From: a virus
Strand: one strand, 5' to 3'
IMG/VR virus record: IMGVR_UViG_2784132095_000001
DNA length: 64,000 nt
The notes under the pieces were generated by a model. That model had not been told where the DNA came from, ran no database searches, and saw nothing but the letters and a program-made list of their open reading frames with translations. This document shows, piece after piece, positions 1 through 8,716 of this stretch (position 1 is the first letter of the stretch; every line of letters begins with the position of its first letter). The position numbers and the translations under genes are program-made.

Positions 1-890
1 CGGCAGAAAAAAAGATCGTGGTCGGCTTTGATCTTCTTTCGAATCTTCATCCATCGAAAAAGGGCAGCTTCGACCCCCGGCTCCATGTCGATGGTTCGCT
101 GTCCGCCGTCCGTTTTGGTCGGCCCCTCCTCGCCGCGGACGATCGCATTGTAAACCTCGATCCTCTTGTAAGCAAAATCGAAATTCTTCTCCCGGAGCGC
201 AAGCTGCTCGGACGGCCGCATTCCGGTGTGAAACTGGATAAAGAACCAGGGTTCGTAAAACGGATCTACTGTACAAAGATACAGGTCTCTTTCGGCCTCG
301 GTACAGAAGGCCAACGGACGGCGCCGGTTGGCCCCTGAGAAGCGGGGAATCGGGAAGTCGATCTTTGCCGTCTTCAACATCATTCGAAGAACGACAAAGG
401 TGTACTTCATCGTCCTGGGAGAAGCCTTCTGGTCAACGAGCTTTTTCTTGAGCGCTTCGGTAATCCGGTCGACACTCTCTGAAAACTGGAAAAGGGGGGA
501 GTCTCCGAAGAGCGGAATCAGGTAAAAGTTTGTGATCGAGGTATAGGATTGATGGGTGGAGAGACGCAGCTCGGGCGGCGCTTTCTTTTTCAGCCACTCC
601 TCGGCGTGATCCCGGAAGACCCGCGGGCCCCCCGGTTTAAACAGCTTTGCCTTGTTCCCCTGGGGGAAGTGGCGAAGATAGGAAAACTCCCCGGCATCGA
701 TCTCATGGGTGATATCGCGGACCCACTTCTCGAGCGCTTCGAACGCGCGAGGATCGTCGGGGATGAAGGTGTCGCCGGATTTCTTCGCGCGGATCTTCGT
801 TCCCTCGCAACACTGGATCAGCTTACCGGCGACCTTCACGCGGAAGCGGATCGAGAGAAAACCATGATGATTGAGGACGAGGTAGGCCAT
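1..890 (-). CDS. int: Tyrosine recombinase/phage integrase (3' end outside window; missing from ORF track)
   Basis: Manual translation from ATG at 890: MAYLVLNHHGFLSIRFRVKV...FHTGMRPSEQLAL...GPTKTDGGQRTIDM, open to position 1. The catalytic Arg box (TGMRxSE) and Lys loop are present. Confidence 0.92.
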   Translation of the reverse strand, partial: MAYLVLNHHGFLSIRFRVKVAGKLIQCCEGTKIRAKKSGDTFIPDDPRAFEALEKWVRDITHEIDAGEFSYLRHFPQGNKAKLFKPGGPRVFRDHAEEWLKKKAPPELRLSTHQSYTSITNFYLIPLFGDSPLFQFSESVDRITEALKKKLVDQKASPRTMKYTFVVLRMMLKTAKIDFPIPRFSGANRRRPLAFCTEAERDLYLCTVDPFYEPWFFIQFHTGMRPSEQLALREKNFDFAYKRIEVYNAIVRGEEGPTKTDGGQRTIDMEPGVEAALFRWMKIRKKIKADHDLFFC

Positions 891-894
891 TTAC

Positions 895-1413
895 TCAGTC
901 ACAGGTTGTGTGAATTATGCCGTCTGGATGCCACTGCTTGGTATAGCAATTTATCGGCCCGCTTTCTCGGATGGAGCGATTTAAATCGTCGTAAGATCTT
1001 TGTTGTTGCTGCTGCATTTGGAGAAACATTCCAGATGCCTCCATGAGTGCCCGGCCATTGTCTCTGGTTGAATACCTATTACTTTCTTCCCTAAGTTCAT
1101 ATCTAGCATAAGCAATATCCCAAAAACGCTGGGCGAACCCATTTGCCAAAGCCTGGTCTTCTGAAAGAAATTTGCCGCCCTTTCCGCGTTCAGCAAAAGT
1201 GGTTAAAAGCTCGATATAGCCGGTCAGTGTTTCGTTGTGCTCCGGAAATTCCTCTTTAACTCTTTCCCAATACTTTATCTGCTTTACCGCTTCCGGTATA
1301 CCAGAGGAAGCTAATTCATTATGGTAATTGCTGATTCTCTCTACCCTTGTATTCCATTCAGAGGTGACGCACCCAGTGATAATCGACACAAGAATAAAAA
1401 CCACTTTACGCAT
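895..1413 (-). CDS. Putative lipoprotein (possible superinfection/immunity accessory)
   Basis: MRKVVFILVSIITGC: short hydrophobic signal ending in a lipobox-like Cys; lies between repressor and integrase. Confidence 0.6.
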   Translation of the reverse strand: MRKVVFILVSIITGCVTSEWNTRVERISNYHNELASSGIPEAVKQIKYWERVKEEFPEHNETLTGYIELLTTFAERGKGGKFLSEDQALANGFAQRFWDIAYARYELREESNRYSTRDNGRALMEASGMFLQMQQQQQRSYDDLNRSIRESGPINCYTKQWHPDGIIHTTCD

Positions 1414-1460
1414 ATCATCCTCCCCTTAGTAAAAGTTTGGATTCGCAAAAACCTGCCACC

Positions 1461-1943
1461 TCATCTTTTCCCTCCATGCGGCTCCCGCCGGCGGGCTCCC
1501 CGGATGATGTCGTAGGCTTCGAGCGTCATCCTACGTATATTTATGGGTTGCTTCATAATATCCACCATGAAAAAATCGGAGATTTCCGTAAGGCGATTGT
1601 ACGGAGATTCTAGGAGTGCGTATTCTGCATCAGTATATTGTCTTTGTTTTTGAGTGTTTGGAAACTGGATAATTTTTGCTTCCGGACCGTATGAGAAAAA
1701 CCTTGAAGAAATAAAGACTTTTCCGGAGTATGTATATGCCCTTAATAAATCTTGTCGAAGCTGGTCAACAGATAGGTCAAGCTCGTCTGCCTTTAGAAAG
1801 GAGGCCAATTCGATAAGTTGGTTTATCGAGCCTTCTTTTCGTTGTCTTTCTTCGGCTGATTCGATTTCTGAGGGGTGGGCTGTGGCTGTCCGAAACCCCT
1901 CAAACGTAACGCTTCTTCTGCTCTTTTCGCTTGTTCTATCCAT
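1461..1943 (-). CDS. Hypothetical protein
   Basis: 160-aa ORF with a GGAGG SD; overlaps the 3' end of the repressor gene, so the start is uncertain. Confidence 0.5.
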   Translation of the reverse strand: MDRTSEKSRRSVTFEGFRTATAHPSEIESAEERQRKEGSINQLIELASFLKADELDLSVDQLRQDLLRAYTYSGKVFISSRFFSYGPEAKIIQFPNTQKQRQYTDAEYALLESPYNRLTEISDFFMVDIMKQPINIRRMTLEAYDIIRGARRREPHGGKR

Positions 1944-2347
1944 CCGCTTATTACCTCCGGTCGCTGATTTGGTGGGACCTTCTCAAGCAACATCAAAAAA
2001 TTCGGACTAAGCGTGATCTGTTTTTCACCTGTGGCGAGATATCGGCCGTAGGATAGCCACTCTTCCCGCCTTCCTTTTTCCGAGACGAGATCCGCGATCT
2101 CTTTGACCTCCGTGTCGATTGCCTCGGGCGTCACCTCCTTTCCAAGTAGAAGCCAATCAATCGAAACCCCTGATGCTTCGTGGATTTTAAAAAGAGTTTC
2201 CCCTCCTGGGATGCTGCTTCCATCGATATACCGCTGAAAAGTTCCTGGGCTTATCCCGGCAAGACGCGCGAGTCTACCCGGCTTTCCTTTGAACTTTTCA
2301 GCGATAAGAAGTTTTAGCCTTTCTGTAAGCCCTTGAATAATCTGCAC
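1823..2347 (-). CDS. CI-like XRE-family HTH repressor
   Basis: RLARLAGISPGTFQRYIDGSSIPGGETLFKIHEASGVSIDWLLLG is a typical XRE HTH; divergent from a Cro-like gene. Confidence 0.88.
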   Translation of the reverse strand: MQIIQGLTERLKLLIAEKFKGKPGRLARLAGISPGTFQRYIDGSSIPGGETLFKIHEASGVSIDWLLLGKEVTPEAIDTEVKEIADLVSEKGRREEWLSYGRYLATGEKQITLSPNFLMLLEKVPPNQRPEVISGWIEQAKRAEEALRLRGFGQPQPTPQKSNQPKKDNEKKAR

Positions 2348-2356
2348 AATAAAAAC

Positions 2357-2409
2357 TTTCTAAAAAAAGAAAGATTTTTGTTGACAACATTCTCAATTTA
2401 GAATATAGT
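2357..2409 (+). promoter_or_regulatory. PR-like sigma70 promoter with two operator palindromes
   Basis: TTGACA (2381-2386)-N17-TATAGT (2404-2409). Palindromes TTTCT-N6-AGAAA (2357-2372) and ATTCT-N6-AGAAT (2389-2404). Confidence 0.8.
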
Positions 2410-2449
2410 CAGTTCATCAAACAGTTTTATCTACAAAATAGAGAAATAG

Positions 2450-2734
2450 ATGGAGGGTAGCAAATTGGGAAAGTCTTTGCAAACCAAAAAGACAAAAACC
2501 TCGAACGAAAGAGTATTTAAGGCGATGGTGGCTGTCGAAATATTCGAATACAAGCAGCTGCACGAAGCCGTCGAGAAAAAGCTGAAAATGACGGTCAAGT
2601 ATCAGACCTTCATGAAAGTGATCTCCGGCAAACTTCTTTCCGGCCCAAAAGCGGAAGCGATCATGAACACGGTCGCCGAGCTTGTAGGAAAGAAGGTCAA
2701 GACCCTCTGGCCGGAATTGGAGGAGGCCGCCTAA
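2450..2734 (+). CDS. Cro/Ner-like HTH protein
   Basis: First gene after the PR-like promoter; small and basic, ends ...VKTLWPELEEAA as in many Cro/Ner-type proteins. Confidence 0.65.
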   Translation: MEGSKLGKSLQTKKTKTSNERVFKAMVAVEIFEYKQLHEAVEKKLKMTVKYQTFMKVISGKLLSGPKAEAIMNTVAELVGKKVKTLWPELEEAA

Positions 2735-3073
2735 ATGCACTCCAACGATGAAATCTACGGACCCCGCGAGACGGCGCGCTTCAATGGCGCTGAACAACAA
2801 ATTCTCGCCAACGCCTGTAAAGCGCTGTCCATCCAAAAATCTGATGCGCTTCGAAAGGGTCCCGAAGCGCTGATACTTCTTCCTGAACTTCAATCCAAAA
2901 TCACCGAAGCCGAATACGTTTTATCCGAAATGAAAAAAATGCTTCAAGGGTTTATCTCTAACATGCACGTTCGATCCACGTCGAGTAAGACATTTTCGGA
3001 CGAGCGTCTGACACCTATGGAGCGGCGCCGTGGTTTTGTCGGACAGGTGGCATACGAGAGGCGACGAGCGTGA
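2735..3073 (+). CDS. Hypothetical protein (CII position)
   Basis: Abuts the previous stop (TAA-ATG); 112 aa. Confidence 0.6.
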   Translation: MHSNDEIYGPRETARFNGAEQQILANACKALSIQKSDALRKGPEALILLPELQSKITEAEYVLSEMKKMLQGFISNMHVRSTSSKTFSDERLTPMERRRGFVGQVAYERRRA

Positions 3074-3115
3074 AAAAGATAACAACCGATACGCGGTGAG
3101 TGGGGGATAGAGGCA

Positions 3116-3895
3116 ATGAAATTCGAGATTAAATCACGATGGGACGGCTCGGTACTATTTTCGATTGAAACGGAATCATGGAGGCTGGCTGTTGAGGCGG
3201 CCCTTAAAGCAAGGGCGAACCTCCGCTATGCGGACCTCCGCTCTGCGAACCTCCGCTATGCGGACCTCCGCTATGCGAACCTCAGCTATGCGAACCTCCG
3301 CTCTGCGGACCTCAGCTCTGCGGACCTCAGCTATGCGGACCTCCGCTCTGCGGACCTCAGCTCTGCGGACCTCAGCTATGCGGACCTCAGCTCTGCGGAC
3401 CTCAGCTCTGCGGACCTCCGCTCTGCGGACCTCAGCTCTGCGGACCTCAGCTCTGCGGACCTCAGCTCTGCGGACCTCAGCTCTGCGGACCTCAGCTATG
3501 CGAAAAACCTTTCCCCGTTTCTTTGTACTCCTCTTTTGATGTTGTTGGATCAACCCGGAAAGATTAGGGCCTACAAACTCGTTAATGCCGATGGTGAGGG
3601 GCCATACAACGGCGGGATCAAATACGAGATGGACGGTGAATATTCAGAGAAAAAAGCGAACACAGATCCGAACAAGCATTGCGGAGCCGGGATTAATCTT
3701 GCCACGCTCGATTGGTGCATGAAGGAATGGAGAGAAGGGTACAAGATTCTAATAGCCGAATTTACAGCAAAAGATATCGCCGCGATTCCGACCGGAACAG
3801 ACGGGAAGTTCCGATGTAAGAAAGTCAAAATTGTCGGAGAAGTGGATTTAAAAAAGATCGGTCTGGTTAAAGAAGCGGAAAAGGTGCGGCCATGA
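3116..3895 (+). CDS. Pentapeptide-repeat protein with C-terminal globular domain
   Basis: 19 consecutive A(D/N)L(R/S)(S/Y) units. Confidence 0.92.
   Translation: MKFEIKSRWDGSVLFSIETESWRLAVEAALKARANLRYADLRSANLRYADLRYANLSYANLRSADLSSADLSYADLRSADLSSADLSYADLSSADLSSADLRSADLSSADLSSADLSSADLSSADLSYAKNLSPFLCTPLLMLLDQPGKIRAYKLVNADGEGPYNGGIKYEMDGEYSEKKANTDPNKHCGAGINLATLDWCMKEWREGYKILIAEFTAKDIAAIPTGTDGKFRCKKVKIVGEVDLKKIGLVKEAEKVRP
3215..3499 (+). repeat. 15-bp tandem repeat, 19 copies
   Basis: Unit GCG[A/G]ACCTC[A/C]GCT[A/C]T; only three positions vary. Confidence 0.95.
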
Positions 3896-4158
3896 AGAAA
3901 TTGACAATCGAGGAGGCGGCTGAACTAACTGACGGGCTTTATAAACCCGCCACTCTTCGGTACTTCATCAAGCGCAAGATTCTTCGCCGGATCACCGTTC
4001 CTGGGGGTGAGGGGGAGTTTATAAAAGTTGGCACCGGGAAGTCTTCCCCGGTCCGGATCATCGAAGAACGGTTTCGAATTTGGCTGCACAAGAGAACGTA
4101 TCCGGGGGATGAAGCCGATCGGCGCGGTGTGCCGATGGCAGCGGTGGGACGAAGATGA
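3892..4158 (+). CDS. Excisionase-like/MerR-type HTH DNA-binding protein
   Basis: MKKLTIEEAAELT...KPATLRYFIKRK; ATGA coupling to the upstream gene. Confidence 0.65.
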   Translation: MKKLTIEEAAELTDGLYKPATLRYFIKRKILRRITVPGGEGEFIKVGTGKSSPVRIIEERFRIWLHKRTYPGDEADRRGVPMAAVGRR

Positions 4159-4163
4159 AAAGT

Positions 4164-4336
4164 GTTTTGCGGATTGAGGGGGGAGATAACCACATGGACC
4201 CGTCATCCAGATGTGGAAACCTGAACCTCATAGGGCTACCTGGCTCCCACAGTGAGGTCAACAATAGCCCAGGGACACGAGAAGGGAAGGGGAGTGACGA
4301 CCTCGCCCGACTCGTGCCCCGCTCAATCCGCAAAAC
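4164..4336 (+). ncRNA. Candidate structured non-coding RNA (~173 nt)
   Basis: Perfect 15-bp closing stem GTTTTGCGGATTGAG/CTCAATCCGCAAAAC enclosing CCACAT/ATGTGG, ACCTCA/TGAGGT, GGGCTA/TAGCCC and CACGAG/CTCGTG helices. Confidence 0.6.
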
Positions 4337-4357
4337 CTTCTTTCTGTGGAAATAACC

Positions 4358-4993
4358 ATGACCCTCTACGAAGAGCTCGAAGTGGAAAAAACAGCGACCC
4401 CGGAAGAGATCAAAAAAGCCTATCGGAAGAAGTCGAAGCAGGTTCATCCGGATCATAACCCGGACGATCCGAAGGCGGCGGAGAAGTTTGGCGAGTTAAC
4501 AAAAGCCTACGACATCCTCATTGATGAAGAGAAGCGGAAGCGGTACGACGCCGGCGAAGATCCGGACGCCATGAGGAACATGAAGACGCCGCGGGATATG
4601 GCGGTTCATGCGGTGATGAACCTCTTCTCTCAGGTGATCGAGCAGGTAGACGAGAATCACACCGACATTTTCAGCGTGATGAAAGAGAGGGTCCATAACA
4701 ACATTTCGAAATTCAAGGGTGAGATTAAGAGAGGGGAAAATCAGATCAGAAAATACCAATCTGCCATGAAGCGAATTTCCCACAAGAAGAAATCCCAGGA
4801 GAACATTTTTATTCAGTCGCTCGAAGCGCAGATCCGGAGCGTTGAGGGTGGGAAGGCTCAATTCGAAGAGCAGATCAAGATTGCCGAAATCGCCCTGACG
4901 ATCATCGATGACTACAAGTATCAGGTGGATGAGGATCTGCCGACCTATGGGCAGCCCATGAACCGCTTCACCATCGGAGGAATCTGGCGATGA
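4358..4993 (+). CDS. J-domain (DnaJ-like) protein
   Basis: [35 protein letters not shown]...[17 protein letters not shown] motif, followed by a coiled coil. Confidence 0.9.
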   Translation: MTLYEELEVEKTATPEEIKKAYRKKSKQVHPDHNPDDPKAAEKFGELTKAYDILIDEEKRKRYDAGEDPDAMRNMKTPRDMAVHAVMNLFSQVIEQVDENHTDIFSVMKERVHNNISKFKGEIKRGENQIRKYQSAMKRISHKKKSQENIFIQSLEAQIRSVEGGKAQFEEQIKIAEIALTIIDDYKYQVDEDLPTYGQPMNRFTIGGIWR

Positions 4994-5235
4994 AAAAACA
5001 ACCGTTCTTCCTAGGTGCTCATGTAACACGGTACCAGCTTCGGATGTCTCCGATTGAGATATTCGCTTTCTGGCTGGCGGTCGTGTTCATCTTCACCGGT
5101 ATCTCTCTGATGGTCTGGCCGGTCATGCGGACCTACTTTGTTTTTCTCGCGGGGATGATTGCAGGAATGTTGTTGATGATCGGGATCGATTGGTTGATGG
5201 AAAAACTTGAAGACGGTCCGGGAGGAAATTCATGA
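4990..5235 (+). CDS. Small membrane protein
   Basis: Two hydrophobic segments; overlapping start/stop coupling. Confidence 0.65.
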   Translation: MKKQPFFLGAHVTRYQLRMSPIEIFAFWLAVVFIFTGISLMVWPVMRTYFVFLAGMIAGMLLMIGIDWLMEKLEDGPGGNS

Positions 5236-5822
5236 TTCCACAATTCGAACAAGCGGTGTCTTACTTCAAGGCCGTCATTCTCGATGATCTTGGGGTTTAC
5301 TGTTGGGTCGCCGGCGGAGCGGTGCGGGATTACTTCTCGATCGGAAGAACAACTTCGGACATTGACGTGTTTTTCCCGGATCATCTCGCTTTTGATATCG
5401 CCGTCTTGGTCATGAAGGCGAAGGCCGGGAATCCCACATTCGATGATGGCCGGGTGATGAATTTTAACTTTAAGGGCCACACGATTCAGCTTATCTCTTC
5501 TCATTACTTCGAAGATCCCGCAAAAACGATTGAAGCCTTCGATTTTACCGTCGCGTGTGCGGCGGTCGATCACGAGAAGGTCTACCACCATCCAACTTTC
5601 TTTATGGATTTGGCTTCCAAAAAACTGGTGATCAACAAGCTTCCCTATCCCCTCTCCACCCTGCAACGGGTTCAGAAGTACGTCAAGAAGGGATACACCA
5701 TTTGCAATGGTGGGCTTTTGGAATTATCGAGGGCGATCCAGGTGGTGAACCTTCAAGATCCATCTCAGAATGTTTTCGAGTTTTATCCGAATGGGACACC
5801 TAAATTTGTGAGGTTTGATTGA
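5232..5822 (+). CDS. Head-only class II (CCA/poly(A) polymerase-like) nucleotidyltransferase
   Basis: VAGGAVRD...SDIDVF (DxD) and FDFT motifs; only 196 aa. Confidence 0.8.
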   Translation: MIPQFEQAVSYFKAVILDDLGVYCWVAGGAVRDYFSIGRTTSDIDVFFPDHLAFDIAVLVMKAKAGNPTFDDGRVMNFNFKGHTIQLISSHYFEDPAKTIEAFDFTVACAAVDHEKVYHHPTFFMDLASKKLVINKLPYPLSTLQRVQKYVKKGYTICNGGLLELSRAIQVVNLQDPSQNVFEFYPNGTPKFVRFD

Positions 5823-5825
5823 ACC

Positions 5826-5996
5826 ATGCCACGAAATCTTGACGGTAACAATGCGCTCCGGTTTGTCGATGCGGTCGCCCAAGGGAAGGTGAACCACGAG
5901 AATGCTTCCGAGTTTGTTAAGGGGCTTCTCGGGATGAGCGGAGATCCGGCGGAGGTGAACGAAACTTTTATGGAAAAGGGAAAACCAGATGAGTGA
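5826..5996 (+). CDS. Small hypothetical protein (not in track)
   Basis: MPRNLDGNNALRFVDAV...KPDE, 56 aa, fills the gap in the operon. Confidence 0.5.
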   Translation: MPRNLDGNNALRFVDAVAQGKVNHENASEFVKGLLGMSGDPAEVNETFMEKGKPDE

Positions 5997-6213
5997 AACA
6001 TCTTTTCAAATGGAACCGGTTGAATCGACCAATATCGCGGCGCGTGGGTACGATCCGGAGACACAAACGCTTCGCATTGAGCTTAAAGGCGGTGGTGTTT
6101 ACGACTATCCCGATTTTACTCCCCAGGAGTATGAAGATTTCAAGTCGTCGCCGTCGGCCGGGAAATTTTTCTTTTCAAAAATCAAGGGAAAGTTGTTCAA
6201 GAAAATCAAATAG
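5989..6213 (+). CDS. KTSC-domain protein
   Basis: VESTNIAARGYDPETQTLRIELKGGGVYDYPD...FKSSPSAGKFF matches the KTSC pattern. Confidence 0.9.
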   Translation: MSETSFQMEPVESTNIAARGYDPETQTLRIELKGGGVYDYPDFTPQEYEDFKSSPSAGKFFFSKIKGKLFKKIK

Positions 6214-6223
6214 GAGGGGGGCA

Positions 6224-6406
6224 ATGCCAAGAAAGAAACGGGGAAAATGTCCGATCTGTGTAGATGGGAAAGGAAAATATTTTGTGATTGTTGAGGGGGC
6301 TCCGGCTTTGATCGAAAAGGAATGTCCGATCGACGGCAGGAAGAAAGCGCCGAAGCCTGTCGTGATGGAGCCCGTTCAGACTTCTTTGGTCGGGTCACCG
6401 ACATGA
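6224..6406 (+). CDS. Small Cys-containing protein
   Basis: SD GGAGG; CPIC...CPID. Confidence 0.55.
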   Translation: MPRKKRGKCPICVDGKGKYFVIVEGAPALIEKECPIDGRKKAPKPVVMEPVQTSLVGSPT

Positions 6407-6609
6407 AGATTCCGGCCGCTTGGATGGTCAGCAAGGGGGTTTCCTACGCGATTGTTCGACTGGCCGGAGGCACGTCCGAGCCGCTTTACTGTGGAACGGA
6501 CGTGTACGAGGCAGCAATGGAGTTTAGCCTGCAAGCTGGATTGCTCGAATCCGGAGAGATCGAATTGGTCGATTCGAACGGAGAATGGCTGGAGAAGTTT
6601 AGCAGGTAA
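6403..6609 (+). CDS. Hypothetical protein
   Basis: ATGA-coupled 68-aa ORF. Confidence 0.5.
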   Translation: MKIPAAWMVSKGVSYAIVRLAGGTSEPLYCGTDVYEAAMEFSLQAGLLESGEIELVDSNGEWLEKFSR

Positions 6610-6631
6610 ACAACCAAAAGGAGGAATGAAA

Positions 6632-7246
6632 ATGTCAACAGCAAGCACAGTCAGTATTGATGATAGCGGAGATTTCGAACATCCGCCGGTGTGTACAACC
6701 CTTGGACGGTGTTTCAAGATTGTAGACATTGGAACACAACGCGGAGAATACATGGGGGAACCAACGAAAAAACGGAAGATGATCGTGTCTTTTGAACTTC
6801 CCACAAAACTGATGCAGGACGGTCGGCCGTTTGTTGTAAGTAAATTTTGGACGCGATCTCTTCACAAAAATGCCGATTTTCGAAAGGACCTGGAAACCTG
6901 GCGCGGAATCGCTTTTACCGAAGAAGAGCTTAAGGCATTCGATATTAATCGGCTTCTCACGAAACCTTGCATGCTTTCCATTGTCGCAAAAGGCGGTGGA
7001 AAAGAGGGGGTGAAGGTTGGGGCGATTACCGGCGTTCCCGACGGCATCACTATTCCCGCGCAAGTCAACCCGTCTTTCTCCTTCTGGATCGGCGATTGGA
7101 ATCAGGAGAAATTTGAATCGCTGACGGACGGAGTGAAAGCCTTAATCATGCGTTCAGATGAGTATAAGGCGATGGTCGGAGGCGGTGCTCAGGTTCCGGC
7201 CGCGGCGGCCGCTGGTGGTTCAAGCGCTGCGAAGGTTCCATTCTAA
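6632..7246 (+). CDS. Phage ssDNA-binding-type protein (NGO0469-like)
   Basis: RCFKIVDIGTQ...SFELP...SLHKNADFRKDLETWRG...FDINRLLTKPCMLSI; flexible tail ending VPF; SD AGGAGG. Confidence 0.7.
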   Translation: MSTASTVSIDDSGDFEHPPVCTTLGRCFKIVDIGTQRGEYMGEPTKKRKMIVSFELPTKLMQDGRPFVVSKFWTRSLHKNADFRKDLETWRGIAFTEEELKAFDINRLLTKPCMLSIVAKGGGKEGVKVGAITGVPDGITIPAQVNPSFSFWIGDWNQEKFESLTDGVKALIMRSDEYKAMVGGGAQVPAAAAAGGSSAAKVPF

Positions 7247-7254
7247 GGAGTCCC

Positions 7255-7902
7255 ATGCCGACCACGGCACTCGAACCAACAATCGATGAACTCCATCGGT
7301 ATTGGCTGGGGAATAAGCAAAAAGCCGGTGTCTCTCAGATTTTAGAGGGCACCGGCTTTATCCAGCCGAACTCGTTCTGGACCGACGAAGGAAGAGAGAA
7401 AGGAATCCGCCTTCATGCTGCTTGTTTCGAAATCAACATGGAGACCTTCGATTTCGATGATACCGACCTGGATGTCTATCTGGAAGCCGTCTCCTATGCG
7501 GAATGGAAGGTACTCAAAGGGTTCAAGATCCTCTTCGATTTGGAGGGGAAGCCGCTTGCGGAAAGACGGTTTTACTCCAGTATCCACGATTTTTGCGGCA
7601 CACTCGATGCCTTCGGCACCTTCGGCGATAACGCCTATGTTGTGGTCGATTTTAAACGCGGGAAGGCCATGGCGTGTGCCAAGTATCAGACCGCCCTTTA
7701 CGTTCAACTGATTTGTGAGAATTCCGAACGACTTTTAGGAAAGAAAATTTATCCCTTCCAGGTAAAGCGGTTCGCTCTTGATGGGATTGGACGCGAACGT
7801 CCACATATGGAGCCGTTTGAGGATAAAACCGATTTAAACATTGCCCTCGCCGCGGTGACCTGCTTCAACCGGCAGGTCCGCGACGGCATTCGAAAACTAT
7901 GA
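7255..7902 (+). CDS. PD-(D/E)xK (Cas4/exonuclease-like) nuclease
   Basis: E...FCGTLDAFG...VVVDFKRG...YQTALY. Confidence 0.78.
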   Translation: MPTTALEPTIDELHRYWLGNKQKAGVSQILEGTGFIQPNSFWTDEGREKGIRLHAACFEINMETFDFDDTDLDVYLEAVSYAEWKVLKGFKILFDLEGKPLAERRFYSSIHDFCGTLDAFGTFGDNAYVVVDFKRGKAMACAKYQTALYVQLICENSERLLGKKIYPFQVKRFALDGIGRERPHMEPFEDKTDLNIALAAVTCFNRQVRDGIRKL

Positions 7903-7905
7903 GGT

Positions 7906-8706
7906 ATGAAAATGACAATGGAATTGATTGCACAGGAAGTCAGAACAGAAATCAGCGGAATCGTTGAAGCGGCGAAAGCGCTTCAAGTGGTTGATCATCA
8001 CGCCCTCGTTTTTGCCGATCAAGAGTTTAACCGGATTCGGGAAAAAAAGAAAATCATTCTCTCGAAGCTTGACCCGATCCGAGACGGATTTGAGCAAGAG
8101 AAAAAGAAGGTGATCGCAGTTATCAAAGAATTGACTGCCCCATGCGATCAAGCGACAGAGATTTACGAAGCGAAGATCCTCACCTACAAAGCCTGGGTCA
8201 AGAAAAAGGAAGAGGAGGAACGGAACCGACTTCAAGCACTCAAAGATCAGCAGGCGAAGGAGGCGAAACAGAAAGAGGCCGAAGAGCTTTTGAGGTTGGC
8301 TGAAACCGTCGAAAAGGGGGGAGATCCGGAGCAAGCGGCGGCGCTCATGGAAGAGGCGATAAAGATCGAGTCGAAGCCGGTTCAATCGGTTCACGTCGAA
8401 ATTGCGCCGACACTGCCGAAGCTGCAAAGCGTTGAGAAGCAGACGTACCATGCCGAAGTGGTCGATTTGGAGGCGCTTATCAAGGCGGTCTTCGAGGGGA
8501 AGGTTCCGCGCGCGGCGATCAAGATCGAAGCGAACATGACCTATCTGAACAATCGAGCGAAGATGGAAGAGGCGTCTTTGAACATCCCGGGCGTGGAGTC
8601 AAAGCCGAAGGACACCCTCGCCAAGGGGCGGTCGAAGCCGGCGACCGATATTTTCGGATCGAACAACGGCGCCGCGAAGGGAACGGCGGTGGTTCCACTG
8701 TTTTAG
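7906..8706 (+). CDS. Coiled-coil hypothetical protein of the recombination module
   Basis: 266 aa, E/K/A-rich helical sequence. Confidence 0.7.
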   Translation: MKMTMELIAQEVRTEISGIVEAAKALQVVDHHALVFADQEFNRIREKKKIILSKLDPIRDGFEQEKKKVIAVIKELTAPCDQATEIYEAKILTYKAWVKKKEEEERNRLQALKDQQAKEAKQKEAEELLRLAETVEKGGDPEQAAALMEEAIKIESKPVQSVHVEIAPTLPKLQSVEKQTYHAEVVDLEALIKAVFEGKVPRAAIKIEANMTYLNNRAKMEEASLNIPGVESKPKDTLAKGRSKPATDIFGSNNGAAKGTAVVPLF

Positions 8707-8716
8707 GGGATGCTGA

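Noticed and set aside
18-1046. Plus-strand ORFs 18-338, 328-525 and 549-1046
   Set aside because: Antisense shadows of the minus-strand integrase, which has clear catalytic motifs.
3165-3553. Alternative-frame repeat ORFs (RTSAL / AEVRR)
   Set aside because: By-products of the stop-free 15-bp repeat; only the A(D/N)LxX frame matches a known fold.
4223-4270. Assignment as an HDV-like/theta ribozyme
   Set aside because: The helix order fits, but L3 does not start U-C-C with the conserved G and there is no G after P1 for P1.1; kept only as an unclassified RNA candidate.
4155-4355. 66-aa ORF over the structured region
   Set aside because: No protein-like features, and the interval is better explained by extensive base pairing; not fully excluded.
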